Shown piece after piece: positions 1 through 11,241 of a stretch of 64,000 nt of DNA. The position numbers were made by a program, and so were the translations under genes. Source of the DNA: Diplonema japonicum (Eukaryota > Protista > Euglenozoa: Diplonemea); contig OZ025652.1 in NCBI GenBank assembly GCA_964019335.1, forward strand, positions 310,001 to 374,000. Direction: 5' to 3'. The notes beneath the pieces were generated by a model, which had not been told where the DNA came from, made no database searches, and worked only from the letters and a program-made list of their open reading frames with translations. How positions within the stretch are numbered: the stretch's first letter is position 1; each line of letters starts with the position of its first letter.

Positions 1-3000
1 TCCGCTTGTCGGGCACTGATGCCCAGCTGTACATTGCCTGCACTGACTAACTGACACCAACCTAGTAAAAGCGTTGAACGTGCCCGGTGGACACGGATTC
101 TCATATTCGCTGCCCGTACCGGTGGGGCAGTAGAACCCAGGGGGGCAGTCGTTGGCAGCATAGCTAGCTGTTCCCGCTGCGCAGTAGAATCCTTCTGGGC
201 ACAGCACGCACACGGTCCTTGTAACTGCACCTTGAGTACCACTGTACGTTCCGCTAGGGCAAGGTGTCGGCTGCGCTGACCCTTCAGGACAGTAGAACCC
301 TTCAGGACATTTGATAGAATCACTGATGCCAGCAGTTCCTTCGGCACACGAATAACTGGCAGGGCAGTCATAACAGGCCTGGTTCACTGACTCACCATGT
401 GTCATGTTTCCGTAGGTACCTGCTGGGCAAAGAGTAGCTACGACAGCTGCAGAGGGGCAGTATGACCCTACTGGGCATTCGTGGCCTTCTGGGGTAGGTG
501 TGGTGCCACCAGCTGGGCACAAGTAACCTCCGTTGCAAGGTTGGCAAGCAACAGAGCCAACATAACTCCAGTACCCAGCTGAACAAGGTGTTGGTGCTGC
601 ATTCGTTGTAGGGCACATGGAGCCAGCGGGGCATAGCGTGCAACTTGTTTGGCTCTGGGCGCTGGTGTATGTCCCAGAGTCGCACGTCTTGGGCGATTCA
701 TAAGGTGTCGTGCAGACCTGTCCTGCCGGGCACGGGACGCAGGACACAGCACCCGAAACGACGAAGGTCGTTCCGACCGCAGGATACGTTCCAGACGTGC
801 AGAGGGTCTTTCCACCATCTGGGAGGGTAGGCGTAGGGCACTGGTACCCAAGAGGGCACTTAGTGCACGCGATCGACCCTGCTGGCGCGTACTCACCGGC
901 AACACATGCAACTTGCCTTCCTACGCCTAGAGGACCGATCCAAGGTTGGGAAGCAGCAACAGCAGTCTTCGGGCAGTAGTAGCCCGGGTCACAAACGTGG
1001 CACGTAGTTTCGCCTGGCTGCGTGAAGGAACCGTTGATACAGGGGGTGACAATGTCCTGTGTGGTGCTTGGGCATGCTGAACCAGCAGGGCACTCAACGC
1101 ACGCGGATTGCGCACCAACACTGTAAAACCCAGGGGAACATATCACTGGTGCGAACTGCTCGCGATTAGCGTTGGGGCATTCATGCCCAGGCGGGCACGC
1201 TGTGCAGTTTGTTTGTTCCCTTTCAGAGAAATACCCCGAGTCACACGGGATCATCACAGAGTCTTCGGTCGTAGGGCAGTAGAAACCAGGGCTGCAGGAA
1301 GTGCATTTTATTTGTCTCCCTGCAGAAAAAGTACCAGGCTGGCACTCTCTTGCTGTTTCGAATCCCGTCGTGGACGGGCATTCAAAGCCAGGAGGGCAAT
1401 CCGTGCAGTTCAGCGACTTTGCATAGCTGTAGCTCCCCTGAAAACAGGGCTCCGGTGCAGTCCATTTGTTCGGAGAATACCATCCAGCCTCAACTAAGTG
1501 GCACTCGTCGTCCAGTTCTTCGCTGTAGTACCCCGAAGGGCACCATACGGGACTTGTCCCGTTATAGCATGCCTTTCCTGCTTGGCATGGTGAGCACTCC
1601 GTCTGCCTTGCGAATGAGTAATGACCCGGGGGACAGCTAACGGGCGCCATTGAAACGATCGGGCACTTGGACCCAGGGGGGCAATCCAAACATTCAGTAT
1701 TACCCGGGATCCTGTACATCCCCGACAAACAAAGCTCGATGGTGTAGTTCTGAGAGAGAGCATCGAACTTGCAGCTGGCACCACGGGGGCACTCGGAACA
1801 GAAGGACTCACCTTCAGGTGAGTAGTACCCCTGCTCTAAGTCACAAAGCTGAGGAACAGTGGAAGTGTTTGCGCACCTGTAGTTGGCAGGGCAAATCGAG
1901 CATCCGGTACTGCCTTCGAGAGAGTACGTATTGAGGGGGCAGTCAACTGGAGACGAAGTTTTACTGGAGCAGTACTGCCCAGCCGGGCACAGAGTGCAGT
2001 TGAAGGCACCACCTAAACTGAAAGTCCCCACGGGACACTCCTCGGGAGGAATAGCAGGGTCTTGACAGAAGTGACCTGTGGGACACGATGCACATGCTTC
2101 GGCACCAGCGACAGAGTATGTAGCATGAGTGAAGCCAACGTTGCAATGTTCGCACTCCTGGTCACCAACCTTGGAGTATTGCCCTTCAGTACACGCAATA
2201 GGATGGACGTCATTTGTGGGACACCTGTGACCAGCAGGGCACGCCGTGCAATATTCGGCGCCAGTGGTGTTCGAGATGTAGAAGCCGTCGCACGTCACAT
2301 TGCAGTTTTGGCATGCTGCCAGCCCACCAGGACTGTAGAACCCCAGGCCACAAGGTGTTGGATCAGCCGAGGCAGTTGGGCACTCGTGGCCCGACGTGCA
2401 GCTGAGACAGTTCAGACTCCCTTCAGGAGAGTATTCACCAGAAGCACACGGAATGAGCTGCGTCGGGTCAGGACACCTGTACCCTGCGGGGCAGGGTGCA
2501 CAGTCAGTGTGGGGGAAGACAGAAGCCTCGCCAACCGGACAGATAAGTGGGTGCCCGTCGGTGCTGTTGCTAGGACAGGCGAACCCGTCGGGACACAGCG
2601 TACAGTTAGAAGAACCTGGCAAGGCGTAGAAGCCTGTCGGGCAGGGGAATGAGTTTGCTGCGTCGGTGTCGGGGCAGTAGTGCATTGCAGGGCACGATGT
2701 GCATGATGTTGAGTTGGCAGGGGCATAGGTACCGAGCTCGCATGCGTACGGTTCCCTGCCGGGGAAGCTGGGGGAAGGAGAGGTGGAGGGACAGGCCCAT
2801 CCAGCGGGGCACGGTGTGCACACGCCATCAGCTTCTCTTGAGTAAGATCCTTGAGGACATGCCTCTTCATGGTTTACGGTACGCGTAGGGCACGCGAAAC
2901 CTGCATCGCAGTTTCTGCAGGTAGAGGTGGCGGTGTCTGCGTAGGTACCGAACGCGCATGGCGTACAGGTAGTTCTTTCGGTGTTGGTGATTTCGCCATC

Positions 3001-3366
3001 CACGCAGGCCTGGCAAGTGGCGAGTCCCATAGTAGGGGCCATCTCTCCGTGGGGACAGAGCTTGCACTGCAACGTCCCGGCAGTGTTAGCGTAGTAGCCC
3101 ACCGAACAGTTAAGACACGATGTTGCATCAACCGCCCCAGAAGTTTGACTATACGTACCAGTGGGACAGGGGTCTGGTGCTGTGAGGTTCCCTGTACAGA
3201 AAAATGCAGGAGGGCACTGAACGCACGAAGCCGTACAGTTGGAATAAAAGTACCCTTCCCCACACCCGTGCTCACACAAATCGCCACTGTTCGTGCCCGC
3301 TACTGAGGTAACTTGCACATATAACACCGCCACAAAGATCACCACCCCCCTATATAAAGGGGGCAT
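1..3366 (-). CDS. Large cysteine-rich secreted/surface protein with tandem GCC2/GCC3 (ephrin-receptor-like) repeats; 3' end runs off the window
   Basis: Manual translation from ATG 3366 gives MPPLYRGVVIFVAVLYVQVTSVAG (signal peptide), then CPPAFFC..CPTGTYS..CSVGYY.. repeats. No ORF in the track lies in this frame, implying it stays open to position 1 (>1120 aa). Confidence 0.85.
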   Translation of the reverse strand, partial: MPPLYRGVVIFVAVLYVQVTSVAGTNSGDLCEHGCGEGYFYSNCTASCVQCPPAFFCTGNLTAPDPCPTGTYSQTSGAVDATSCLNCSVGYYANTAGTLQCKLCPHGEMAPTMGLATCQACVDGEITNTERTTCTPCAFGTYADTATSTCRNCDAGFACPTRTVNHEEACPQGSYSREADGVCTPCPAGWACPSTSPSPSFPGREPYACELGTYAPANSTSCTSCPAMHYCPDTDAANSFPCPTGFYALPGSSNCTLCPDGFACPSNSTDGHPLICPVGEASVFPHTDCAPCPAGYRCPDPTQLIPCASGEYSPEGSLNCLSCTSGHECPTASADPTPCGLGFYSPGGLAACQNCNVTCDGFYISNTTGAEYCTACPAGHRCPTNDVHPIACTEGQYSKVGDQECEHCNVGFTHATYSVAGAEACASCPTGHFCQDPAIPPEECPVGTFSLGGAFNCTLCPAGQYCSSKTSSPVDCPLNTYSLEGSTGCSICPANYRCANTSTVPQLCDLEQGYYSPEGESFCSECPRGASCKFDALSQNYTIELCLSGMYRIPGNTECLDCPPGSKCPIVSMAPVSCPPGHYSFARQTECSPCQAGKACYNGTSPVWCPSGYYSEELDDECHLVEAGWYSPNKWTAPEPCFQGSYSYAKSLNCTDCPPGFECPSTTGFETARECQPGTFSAGRQIKCTSCSPGFYCPTTEDSVMIPCDSGYFSEREQTNCTACPPGHECPNANREQFAPVICSPGFYSVGAQSACVECPAGSACPSTTQDIVTPCINGSFTQPGETTCHVCDPGYYCPKTAVAASQPWIGPLGVGRQVACVAGEYAPAGSIACTKCPLGYQCPTPTLPDGGKTLCTSGTYPAVGTTFVVSGAVSCVPCPAGQVCTTPYESPKTCDSGTYTSAQSQTSCTLCPAGSMCPTTNAAPTPCSAGYWSYVGSVACQPCNGGYLCPAGGTTPTPEGHECPVGSYCPSAAVVATLCPAGTYGNMTHGESVNQACYDCPASYSCAEGTAGISDSIKCPEGFYCPEGSAQPTPCPSGTYSGTQGAVTRTVCVLCPEGFYCAAGTASYAANDCPPGFYCPTGTGSEYENPCPPGTFNAFTRLVSVSQCRQCTAGHQCPTSG

Positions 3367-3775
3367 CCGTACACCGCTGTTCGTGTGTATCTTATTTTCT
3401 TTTCCGTCACCTCACTGTAATGGATGTTCAAGGATGGGACGGCAGGTTTGGCGGGGTATAAGAAAGTAGAAGAAAGAAAAAAAAGAGATGAGATAAAGGA
3501 GGTTCCTGTCTTGGAACGTCCCCCTTGTCTCTAAAAAAAGAAAGACGTGGGTGAAAAGAGAATGGAAAGATCGAACAGACAAATATGCCTAAGAAACAAA
3601 AACAAAGGCAAGTTATTCTTTGTTTCGAGCGCAACAGTCACGGTTACTCAGCCAAGAGTACTTGTAACGGGTACGCTGTCCAACATTTTTTTTTTGATAA
3701 CTGCAAGTGTTTTCGTTCGCCATATAAAAAAGAAATACACTTCACTCTGTTTTTTTACAAAAACTGGTTGGCTCC

Positions 3776-4777
3776 TCAGAAGGAGATGCCTGTGACGTCG
3801 CCCTCGATGCCGCACTCGTTGACGCCCTTGAGGATCTTGAAGTATCCCTGGTCGCCCCACTGGTTGTTCCAGGAGTTCTTCACCCACCAGTAGGGCTCTC
3901 CGTTCTCGACACCCCAGCCGATCATCTCGACGGCGTGTCCACCGAGGGCACTGCCGTGGGTGTGCTTGTAGACCCCGCTCTTGTAGGCGGGGAAGTCAGC
4001 GTAGACGGTGAAGGCGACGGCGAGGGGCCCCTTGGTGTAGAGCTCGGTCATGATGTCCTGCACCCCGCGGACGGAGTAGGCGGTCTTACCCTTGCGCTTG
4101 TCCGCCTCGTAGGTGCGGTTGTGGAAGCTGCTCTGGCACTGCTTCTCGCACTTCGGTGTCGGGTACTCGCTCGACGGGCACGCCGGGTACTTCGGTGACG
4201 GCGCAACGTGGTGCGCGCACGGCTTCAGCGTGTAGGGACGGCACGAGGCACCCTTCCCAACATCGTCGTAGTCATTCCCGGACACCACACCTGTCTCTGT
4301 CATCCACTGCAGGGCCGCAGAGGGCTGCCCCCCGTTGCACCCCTCAGAGAATCCGCACGCGAACCCAGAGCAGCACGACGCTGTGTCCTCCGCCGACATC
4401 TCCCTGTCCAGCCCCGTCGCGATGCACTGCCTGTCCTCAAACGCCTCCGTCGACCCGAACGCCCAGCACGACCCGCACGAGCTCTGGTCCCTCACCGTGG
4501 TCACCACAGTGCACTTCGTTCCCCACATCGTCCTCGCGTCGAAGTCTGTCGGAAGAGCCTTCACCTGCTCCACCTTCTTCTGCGGCAGTCTAACGTAGTG
4601 CGGGTGCCCCTCCAGCCACGTCCCGCACAGCTTCTTCGCGTCCATCGTGCTGTTGAACCTGCTCGGGACCTCCGCCTTCCATCCCTTCCCAGCGCTGTTC
4701 ACCTTCTGCACGATCGACGTGAAGTCCTCAGCCGACACGACCGTCGCCAAGGCTACAAGGAGACCTGCCTTGTACAT
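3776..4777 (-). CDS. CTSB: Cathepsin B (papain family C1A)
   Basis: Signal peptide, QSSCGSCWAF active site, GCNGG, occluding loop CAHHV, GGHA and KNSW motifs; intronless. Confidence 0.95.
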   Translation of the reverse strand: MYKAGLLVALATVVSAEDFTSIVQKVNSAGKGWKAEVPSRFNSTMDAKKLCGTWLEGHPHYVRLPQKKVEQVKALPTDFDARTMWGTKCTVVTTVRDQSSCGSCWAFGSTEAFEDRQCIATGLDREMSAEDTASCCSGFACGFSEGCNGGQPSAALQWMTETGVVSGNDYDDVGKGASCRPYTLKPCAHHVAPSPKYPACPSSEYPTPKCEKQCQSSFHNRTYEADKRKGKTAYSVRGVQDIMTELYTKGPLAVAFTVYADFPAYKSGVYKHTHGSALGGHAVEMIGWGVENGEPYWWVKNSWNNQWGDQGYFKILKGVNECGIEGDVTGISF

Positions 4778-5302
4778 TTTATTGTGTTTGTTCTGTTGGT
4801 GCGTCTAGCAGCGAATGCAATCTTCAATGAAGCAAACCATAAAGACCTCAAGCGACAAGAAGAAAGCCGCCCCAGTCAGCTGTTGTCCCTATTATTTCGT
4901 TTTTTTTTTCTTCTTCTTCCCCTTTTAAAAGCATTCTCTTCCCTTTTTTCTGCAGCCTTCTGTCTGGTCGTGTTAAAGAGAAGAGGGGGGGGGGGGGGGG
5001 GGGGGAGCCAGAAAACTAAGAAGAATCGCTTACCACGGAAATGAAATATCACAAAACACATCCTTCTTGAAGAAGAAGAACCATTTTCTTGGTGTTCCCC
5101 CCTTTTTTTCCTTCAATTATTTTCTTTTTTGTGTTTCCCGTTGCAAGCTGGAATACAGATTATAAAGACATTGCACGATACGCACCAAGAAAAGGAGAAT
5201 TTTTCAAATTCTATACCTTTTTGTTCCCCTTCTTTTCCCCCCTTTCCCCCCTGTCTCTCCACTTCTTCTTTCCTACTCCCGTTTCCATCTCATCGTCCAT
5301 CT

Positions 5303-7555
5303 TTACTTCCCTGAAAAGAACGGGTGTTGCGCCAGTGAGCTGATGTCTGCACGCTTGCTTGGTGTCCTGCAGATGGTGATATTCAGGACATCACGGAGCT
5401 CAGCAGAGAGGTCGGTGGGAAGAGCGGGGAGAATCTGTTTTTCTTCTTCTTTTTTTCCCCCCAGTTCTCATACCGCTTCGTTTGTCGAGATGGTGAACAT
5501 GAGCTTCATTGCGTTTGTCTCTTCCCAAGGCTTCCTGCCTGTGTGCATCTCCAGCAGCGTGCACCCCAAGGACCATATATCAGCCTGCTTCGGGCTTTTG
5601 TTCTGCGGCTCCTTATCAGCCCCGTTGTGCGCGCGTATAATCTCCGGTGCCATGTACATGGGTGTCCCCACAAGCCTCGCAGTCACTGTCGCCCCTGGCG
5701 TCATGCCATCGCCCGACACCACTGTCTTGGAGCTCCCAAAGTCCGACAACTTTGCTGTTCCAAGGTTGTCCACCAGAATATTCGACGGTTTGATGTCCTG
5801 TGCAATATGTTGTTAAGCAAGGCACAAAGCATACCCTGTGCACCACCCCACTGCCGTGCATGTAATTCAGCCCAAAGATGACTTGCCCACCGTACTTTTG
5901 TACCAGGTTTGAGAGGTTCGAATACCTGCAAGGGTAGTGTGTGTGTGTGCATGTTTGTCATTCGACATACCGGTTAATGAGCTGCTGCAGTGTCTGGTTC
6001 ATGAGCTCCATGACAAGGAACATGTGGTCCTTCGTCAAGATCGATCCGTAGAACCGCACAACATTCTCGTGCTGCAGGTTCTCCATCAGCTCCATCTCTC
6101 TCCGCACGCTGTGCAGCTCCTTCTGATCCACGTCGCCGATGTCCAGCTTCTTCACGGCACGCTGCCCCCCTGAGATGGTGTCGATCGCCTCGTAGACGGT
6201 CCCGAACGAGCCCTTCCCGAGCACATTCTTGTATGATATTTGAACCTTCGAGGAGTTTAGCTCCAGCGTGGTCGGAGAAGAGGAGGAGGAGGAGAGCTGC
6301 CGCTGCAGGATGGTAGATGTGTCGTCTGCCCTCTCGAAAGCCGTCTCGCCGTCGATAAGCTTCGGGAGGTACATGCCGTCGATGGTGCGGTAGAAAGTGT
6401 CGTCTTCGTCGACGACCTCCACGTTGCAGCCGTACCGCACGCCGTTGTCCGGCGAGATGATGCTTGACAGCGCGGGGTGCGACCTGTAGGCAACACCGTG
6501 ACGCTCGATGCACCTGATAGAGTAGTTCCCCTTCACGGATGTAGCAGGTGTTGTTACCATCCCGTCCCATGTGGCCCCGCCGATGGTGGAGTTCCCCCCG
6601 CTTGTGTCCATGGCTGCGATGGGTGTGCCGGGGACGTTCAGCTTCTTCAGAGCGTCCTTCATCTTGTTCCTTTTGATCACGTCGAACTGAAGGGTCGACT
6701 TCAGCAGCTCGTCGATATCGTTCTCGTTCCATGCCCGCACCTCTGACGCGGTCAGGCCCAACGACTCAAGCCGCGAGGTGAGCTCCACGATGAGCGCGCT
6801 CTCCGACTTGTAGCTCGGCGTGGTGTCGGGAATGGGCGTGTCGCTGGTGACGGGCACACCGCATCCTTTGCGGAACTCGCAGTTTTCCTTTTGCGTGAGC
6901 CACTCGACGAGTCCCCGTAGGCTGCTGACGGAGGGCGGTGGGATGTATGCATAACCGTCGATCATGAGCTTCCCGTTCCTCAGGTAGATCACAACGTGTT
7001 TCAAAACACCAGTCACAAGGACGGAGGCCACGAGCTTGCCTGGCATCCGCTTGCTGGGCCTCACGATAAAGTCGCCGTTTTGGTATGTCTTGGTGTCGAT
7101 GCCCTCGCCGTAGGTGTCGCCTGTGCCGTAGTAGACAGACTGGTCTTGGGTTTTCATCTCCTCCGTGAGCATCGCGGTGTGCGCACCAAGAAGGAAGTAG
7201 TTGTTGTTGTTCAGCCAGCTCACGTCCTCCATCACGGACTTCGCTGTTGGGAAGTACGTGGCGAAGGCGTTCAGCTCCTCAAGCTTCACTTGGTCCGCAG
7301 GTGTGTTGAGGCTGGCAGAGCTGCCTTCGCACTGTATGAGGTACCTCATAAGGGGGAACAGATGCCCGTACTGCAAATGGAACGAAGAGGTGGACTGCGA
7401 ACTCAGTTCACTCATTCTCTCCCAAAACTCTTTCCATGGGAGGACCGCCTTGGAGCGAAACACTTGCTCATACTGCGAAGGAGGAGGCTGGTTGCCACGG
7501 CGTCGTTCCTTGGGACCCCCCGACATGTGGAGGCCCCCACCTGCTTGACGAACAT
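5303..7555 (-). CDS. STE11/MAP3K-like Ser/Thr kinase with N-terminal EF-hand-like + SH2-like module, SAM-like domain and SH3-like domain
   Basis: Motifs GKGSFG, AVKK, HRDIKPSN, DFG, APE, DIWSLG. The catalytic loop is restored by GT-AG introns 5926-5970, 5798-5834 and 5435-5473; stop TAA at 5303. Start is either ATG 7526 or ATG 7555 with a 68-nt intron 7473-7540 (MFVKQ|YEQVF). Confidence 0.85.
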
Positions 7556-7647
7556 TGTGATCGCATAAAAAAAATAAATAAAAATAATAATAACAAACAA
7601 ATAAAGCATTGAATGAGAGATTTTTTTTTTCCCTTTTTTCTTTTTGT

Positions 7648-7890
7648 TCATAAATAGTGTAAATACTCGCATTTGGTGAAGGGTTGCTTCACCCCTCTCC
7701 ACGTTCCCTTGGTTCGTCCTTTCGTCATCCCCAATGCGCTTCGCTTCAGGTACTTTTCGAAATACCTCCTTCCAACTCTCTTGTTTCGTACTTTTTTCAC
7801 TATGCCCTTCCGCCTTTTAGGGGTAATTTCTACAAGAGTCCGTTTCCAGCTTCCTTGACCTGTTTTCACCCATTGGGATGCACCTGCCAT
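7648..7890 (-). CDS. Small basic hypothetical protein (80 aa)
   Basis: ATG in A-rich context, same strand as all neighbours, complex sequence between homopolymer tracts; no recognisable family. Confidence 0.3.
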   Translation of the reverse strand: MAGASQWVKTGQGSWKRTLVEITPKRRKGIVKKVRNKRVGRRYFEKYLKRSALGMTKGRTKGTWRGVKQPFTKCEYLHYL

Positions 7891-7952
7891 TTTTTATTTG
7901 ATGAAGGACTTTGAGGATATTCTTTTTTTGAGAGTGAGGAACATATAGGGGG

Positions 7953-7998
<46 letters not shown>

Positions 7999-8571
7999 AC
8001 AAGAAAATTTCACTCCCTAAAAGAGAAGAACAAAAAAGTAAACTGGGGGAGTCCTTTTATTTTGTAGACACCAGAAAGAAGGTAGAATTTTGGAGGTTTT
8101 TCTTCTTTTTTTTTTTATTTTATATATTACTATACTGTCAGCCATCTCTTACAAAAGAGTGGAGAGTGCCCAGTTTGGCTTTGATCTCTTCTCTTTTTCT
8201 TTCTTTTTCTCTTTTTTATTTCTTCTTTTTTATTTACCGCTGACTTAAGAATCATACAAAAAAAAAATCACATTTCCTTATTTTTTTTATGTCTGGAGAC
8301 GCAAAAACAGTAAGAGGGCAAATTCTTCCTTTGTCTCGGTTTCTTTTTTCTTTTTCTTGTTTCTCTCCCCCATCTCTATTAATTTCTTTTTTTTTTTTTC
8401 GGTTCTATTTCTTTTTTTTTTTTTGCTTCTTTTTTCAGGCGGAAAATAAAGAAAAGAAAAAAAAGGAGGGGTTATCTTTCTTTGTTCCAGCTCTCGAACA
8501 CACCATGGGGGCATCTGCCTTGGAGGAGATACCCCCCTTGAAGTCTTGACGAGGGTATCTTTTCTTTCTTT

Positions 8572-8604
<33 letters not shown>

Positions 8605-8920
8605 GAAAGAATCAAAGTATGGGGTCTTTGCGCGAACAAGGGCCTGAGTGTAGCTTCCTTACTGGCACATGTGTTTTGCATTTTTGGGGGAGTTTCCCCC
8701 CCCTCTCCCCCTCCCCCGTCGTTTTCAAAAACAAAATAACATAGCGCAAGAACAGGAACATGGGGATGGTGGGGAGAGAGAGAGAGAGAAATGGCTTTCC
8801 TAGTGCACACCAGCACTATTTAGCCCACAAAAAGGTTTACGTAAAAAACTGCGCGTGCCAATAAAAGTACTGACTAAAAGGGGATGGGAAGGGGGTTCAC
8901 AACCATAACTAAATACAAGA

Positions 8921-8963
<43 letters not shown>

Positions 8964-9455
8964 ACATTTAAAAAAAAAAAAAAAAAAACCAAACTTTTTT
9001 TTTTCTTCCCCCTCGTGAAAGGAAGGTGTAGGTATTTTCTTTTTTTTTTGTCCTGTTTTGGCCTCACCATTACGTGGGCAAATCAGAGATAAAGGAATTG
9101 CAAAAAAAAAAAAAAACTCGATAAAATTTCAGTGTGCATGGGGGTGCTCACTGTAAAAAAAAAAAGGGGGGGAAAAGACAAAATACCCGCATCCCATCAC
9201 CAGTTTTGCGGATTTAACAATAATTCACTATGATAGGAACGAAGCGATTAGCAACGGCCCGCCAATAAGCATACGCCCAGAATTTCTAATTTGAAGCCTT
9301 ACCTTCCCCCATAGAATGGAACCCAGAGAAATTTTCTGTATTGAGGAAATAGTGGCTTCAAGTTAAAAATCCGAAGGGATAACAAACAAAAAAAAAAAAA
9401 AACGATTTTTTTTTTTTTTTTTATTTCACTCTTCGTCATTTTCTTCACTCTTTAA

Positions 9456-11241
9456 CCATCTACCAACGGACCATTTTTGCCCACCAGGGGGTAAATTTTC
9501 AAAACTTCAAAAAAAGCTATTCCAGCGCAACGCCGGGGCTATATGCCCCCGGAAATGCCTCCAGATGTCCCAATTCTAGAGAGAGGGTGCCCACAGCAGG
9601 GTCCACCCCCACAACATTGTCAAAAATATCGTTCCTGAAGTGCCCGAGAGGGGGTACAAAAACAAGTCAAAAAAAATCGACTGTAAAATTCTATAAAAAG
9701 CTATTTAAGGCCTTCTTGACGCGGTTCGTATGTGCCCCAGGCTGGGGGACTTCTTTTTTGACCCCGGGAGGGGTTTCTGGGGGGTATCCCCGGCAAGGTG
9801 GTAGTCTTTGAAGCACGGAGTCACGCAAAGTTGTACCAAGCAGGCTGAACACTGAAATAGGGGTCTTTTCGACTTGCAATGCTTGCACCGCACGTTGCAC
9901 TACTTTTTCGGGGAAATGGTCCCAGAAGGTACTGTCACGGCGCATTGGGGTCTCAGAGCACTCGTTCTGTGTTTCGGGGCATGGTATTGGGGCAGCCTGC
10001 TCTGTAGCTGACTTTAACTGTTGTTTAGACTGCCTCCCTAGTAGCCCTTCGATGACTGCCTCTTTGAAAGGCGTAAATCCACTGTCGTTCGTACTCAGGG
10101 TGTTGGGGGGCAATGCTTCTTTCCAAACAAGCCAAGCATTCGCCAGAGATTTACCTAACAAGTACAAAAATACTTTTAGGGGCCACTTTTAAGTCATAAG
10201 GGAGCGTTTATGGCGTTTTGTCATCACCCAGCGTCGGTTCCGCCCATTGCGGTGTTGTAAATATGCACTTGGTGGGGAGCGGGATGTCCTTTCCGGCTTT
10301 CATTCTCTTTTGGCGGACACGTCAAATTCGACTTCACCGGAACATCCAACGTCGATAGAAAGCACGCTGGCATGACGTCATGCCACGTTGTGGTGCAAAG
10401 GATGCTCGCGTGCTGGTGGAACTGGGTGTCCCCACGGGATGCGCGTCCTTGGGCATGCGGCCTCGATTCTTTGGGGCATCCATGATCTCCGGGAGGCCTT
10501 TGCGATAGGTAGAAGTCAGCACGCTTGTTTGTTTCGCTGTGGAAACACAGATTTCCCAGAATAGTCAGTTAGTGACGGTGGCGTACCCAGGGGTGTAGTT
10601 GAGAGACGTGGAGCCAGTGTGCCAGTAATCAGAATAATCTGGCTTGATATCCAAGTCCATCGACAAAAGGACACCTAGGAAGGTATGCAGAGAAGCAGCA
10701 TCGAGATCCAGGGAGACACCTTTTTTAGCCGCATTTGCCACATTGTTCGAAGTTATGACCCGAATAACGTTTGGGACGAGCATTTGGAGAATATATGGTA
10801 TGGCGTTGAGCCTTTGATGTCAAAACAGGGTCCACAAGGATTCCGATCTTCACGAAACCGGATGCCTTCCAACTGCTCCGGCTTTGCCGTCCAATCACCG
10901 CTGTGACTCGGAATCGGTCGAATTCGTATCAGAATCACTGTTTGTATCAAAATTGCATAATAGGGATGAGCCATCAGTGCTGCCATCACTCATAACGTCC
11001 TCTTCCGGCCTCTTTCCGGGCGCCTTTTTTTGAAGTGATTTTTAAGGGTAAATTTGGGCTGGCGTTTTTTTTCATTTTTTCATTTTCTTGTTAAGTTAGG
11101 GCAGCATTTAGTTTATTTTTTTCATATTTTCCGCGCAGGACCCCGCCGGCAAGAAAGGGCCGGGCTGTATTGCATTGAAAGCCCTTTGCGTAAAAGATTT
11201 TTTTTCAAATCGTCTATATATAGACGCTCGTTGGTAGATGG
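9456..11241 (-). mobile_element. Degenerate piggyBac transposon
   Basis: 13-bp TIRs CCATCTACCAACG (9456-9468, 11229-11241) with TTAA on each side (9452-9455, 11242-11245). Transposase fragments: LHTFLGVLLSM..PDYSDYW, HIYNTAMGGTD, KWPLKVFLYLLGKSLANAW, and a C-terminal Cys-rich domain RCKHC..FQCSACLVQLCVTPCFKDYH. Confidence 0.93.
9705..10989 (-). pseudogene. piggyBac transposase remnant (frameshifts, stops, internal deletion)
   Basis: Fragments in several frames (10565-10783, ~10170-10280, 9691-10167, 9705-9893). Too short to hold the full DDD core. Confidence 0.85.

Noticed and set aside
7900-9200. Poly-F/poly-K ORFs here and in other spacers (11800-13260, 19900-21480, 56800-57280, 62180-63000)
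   Set aside because: Translations of homopolymer runs with no coding signal.
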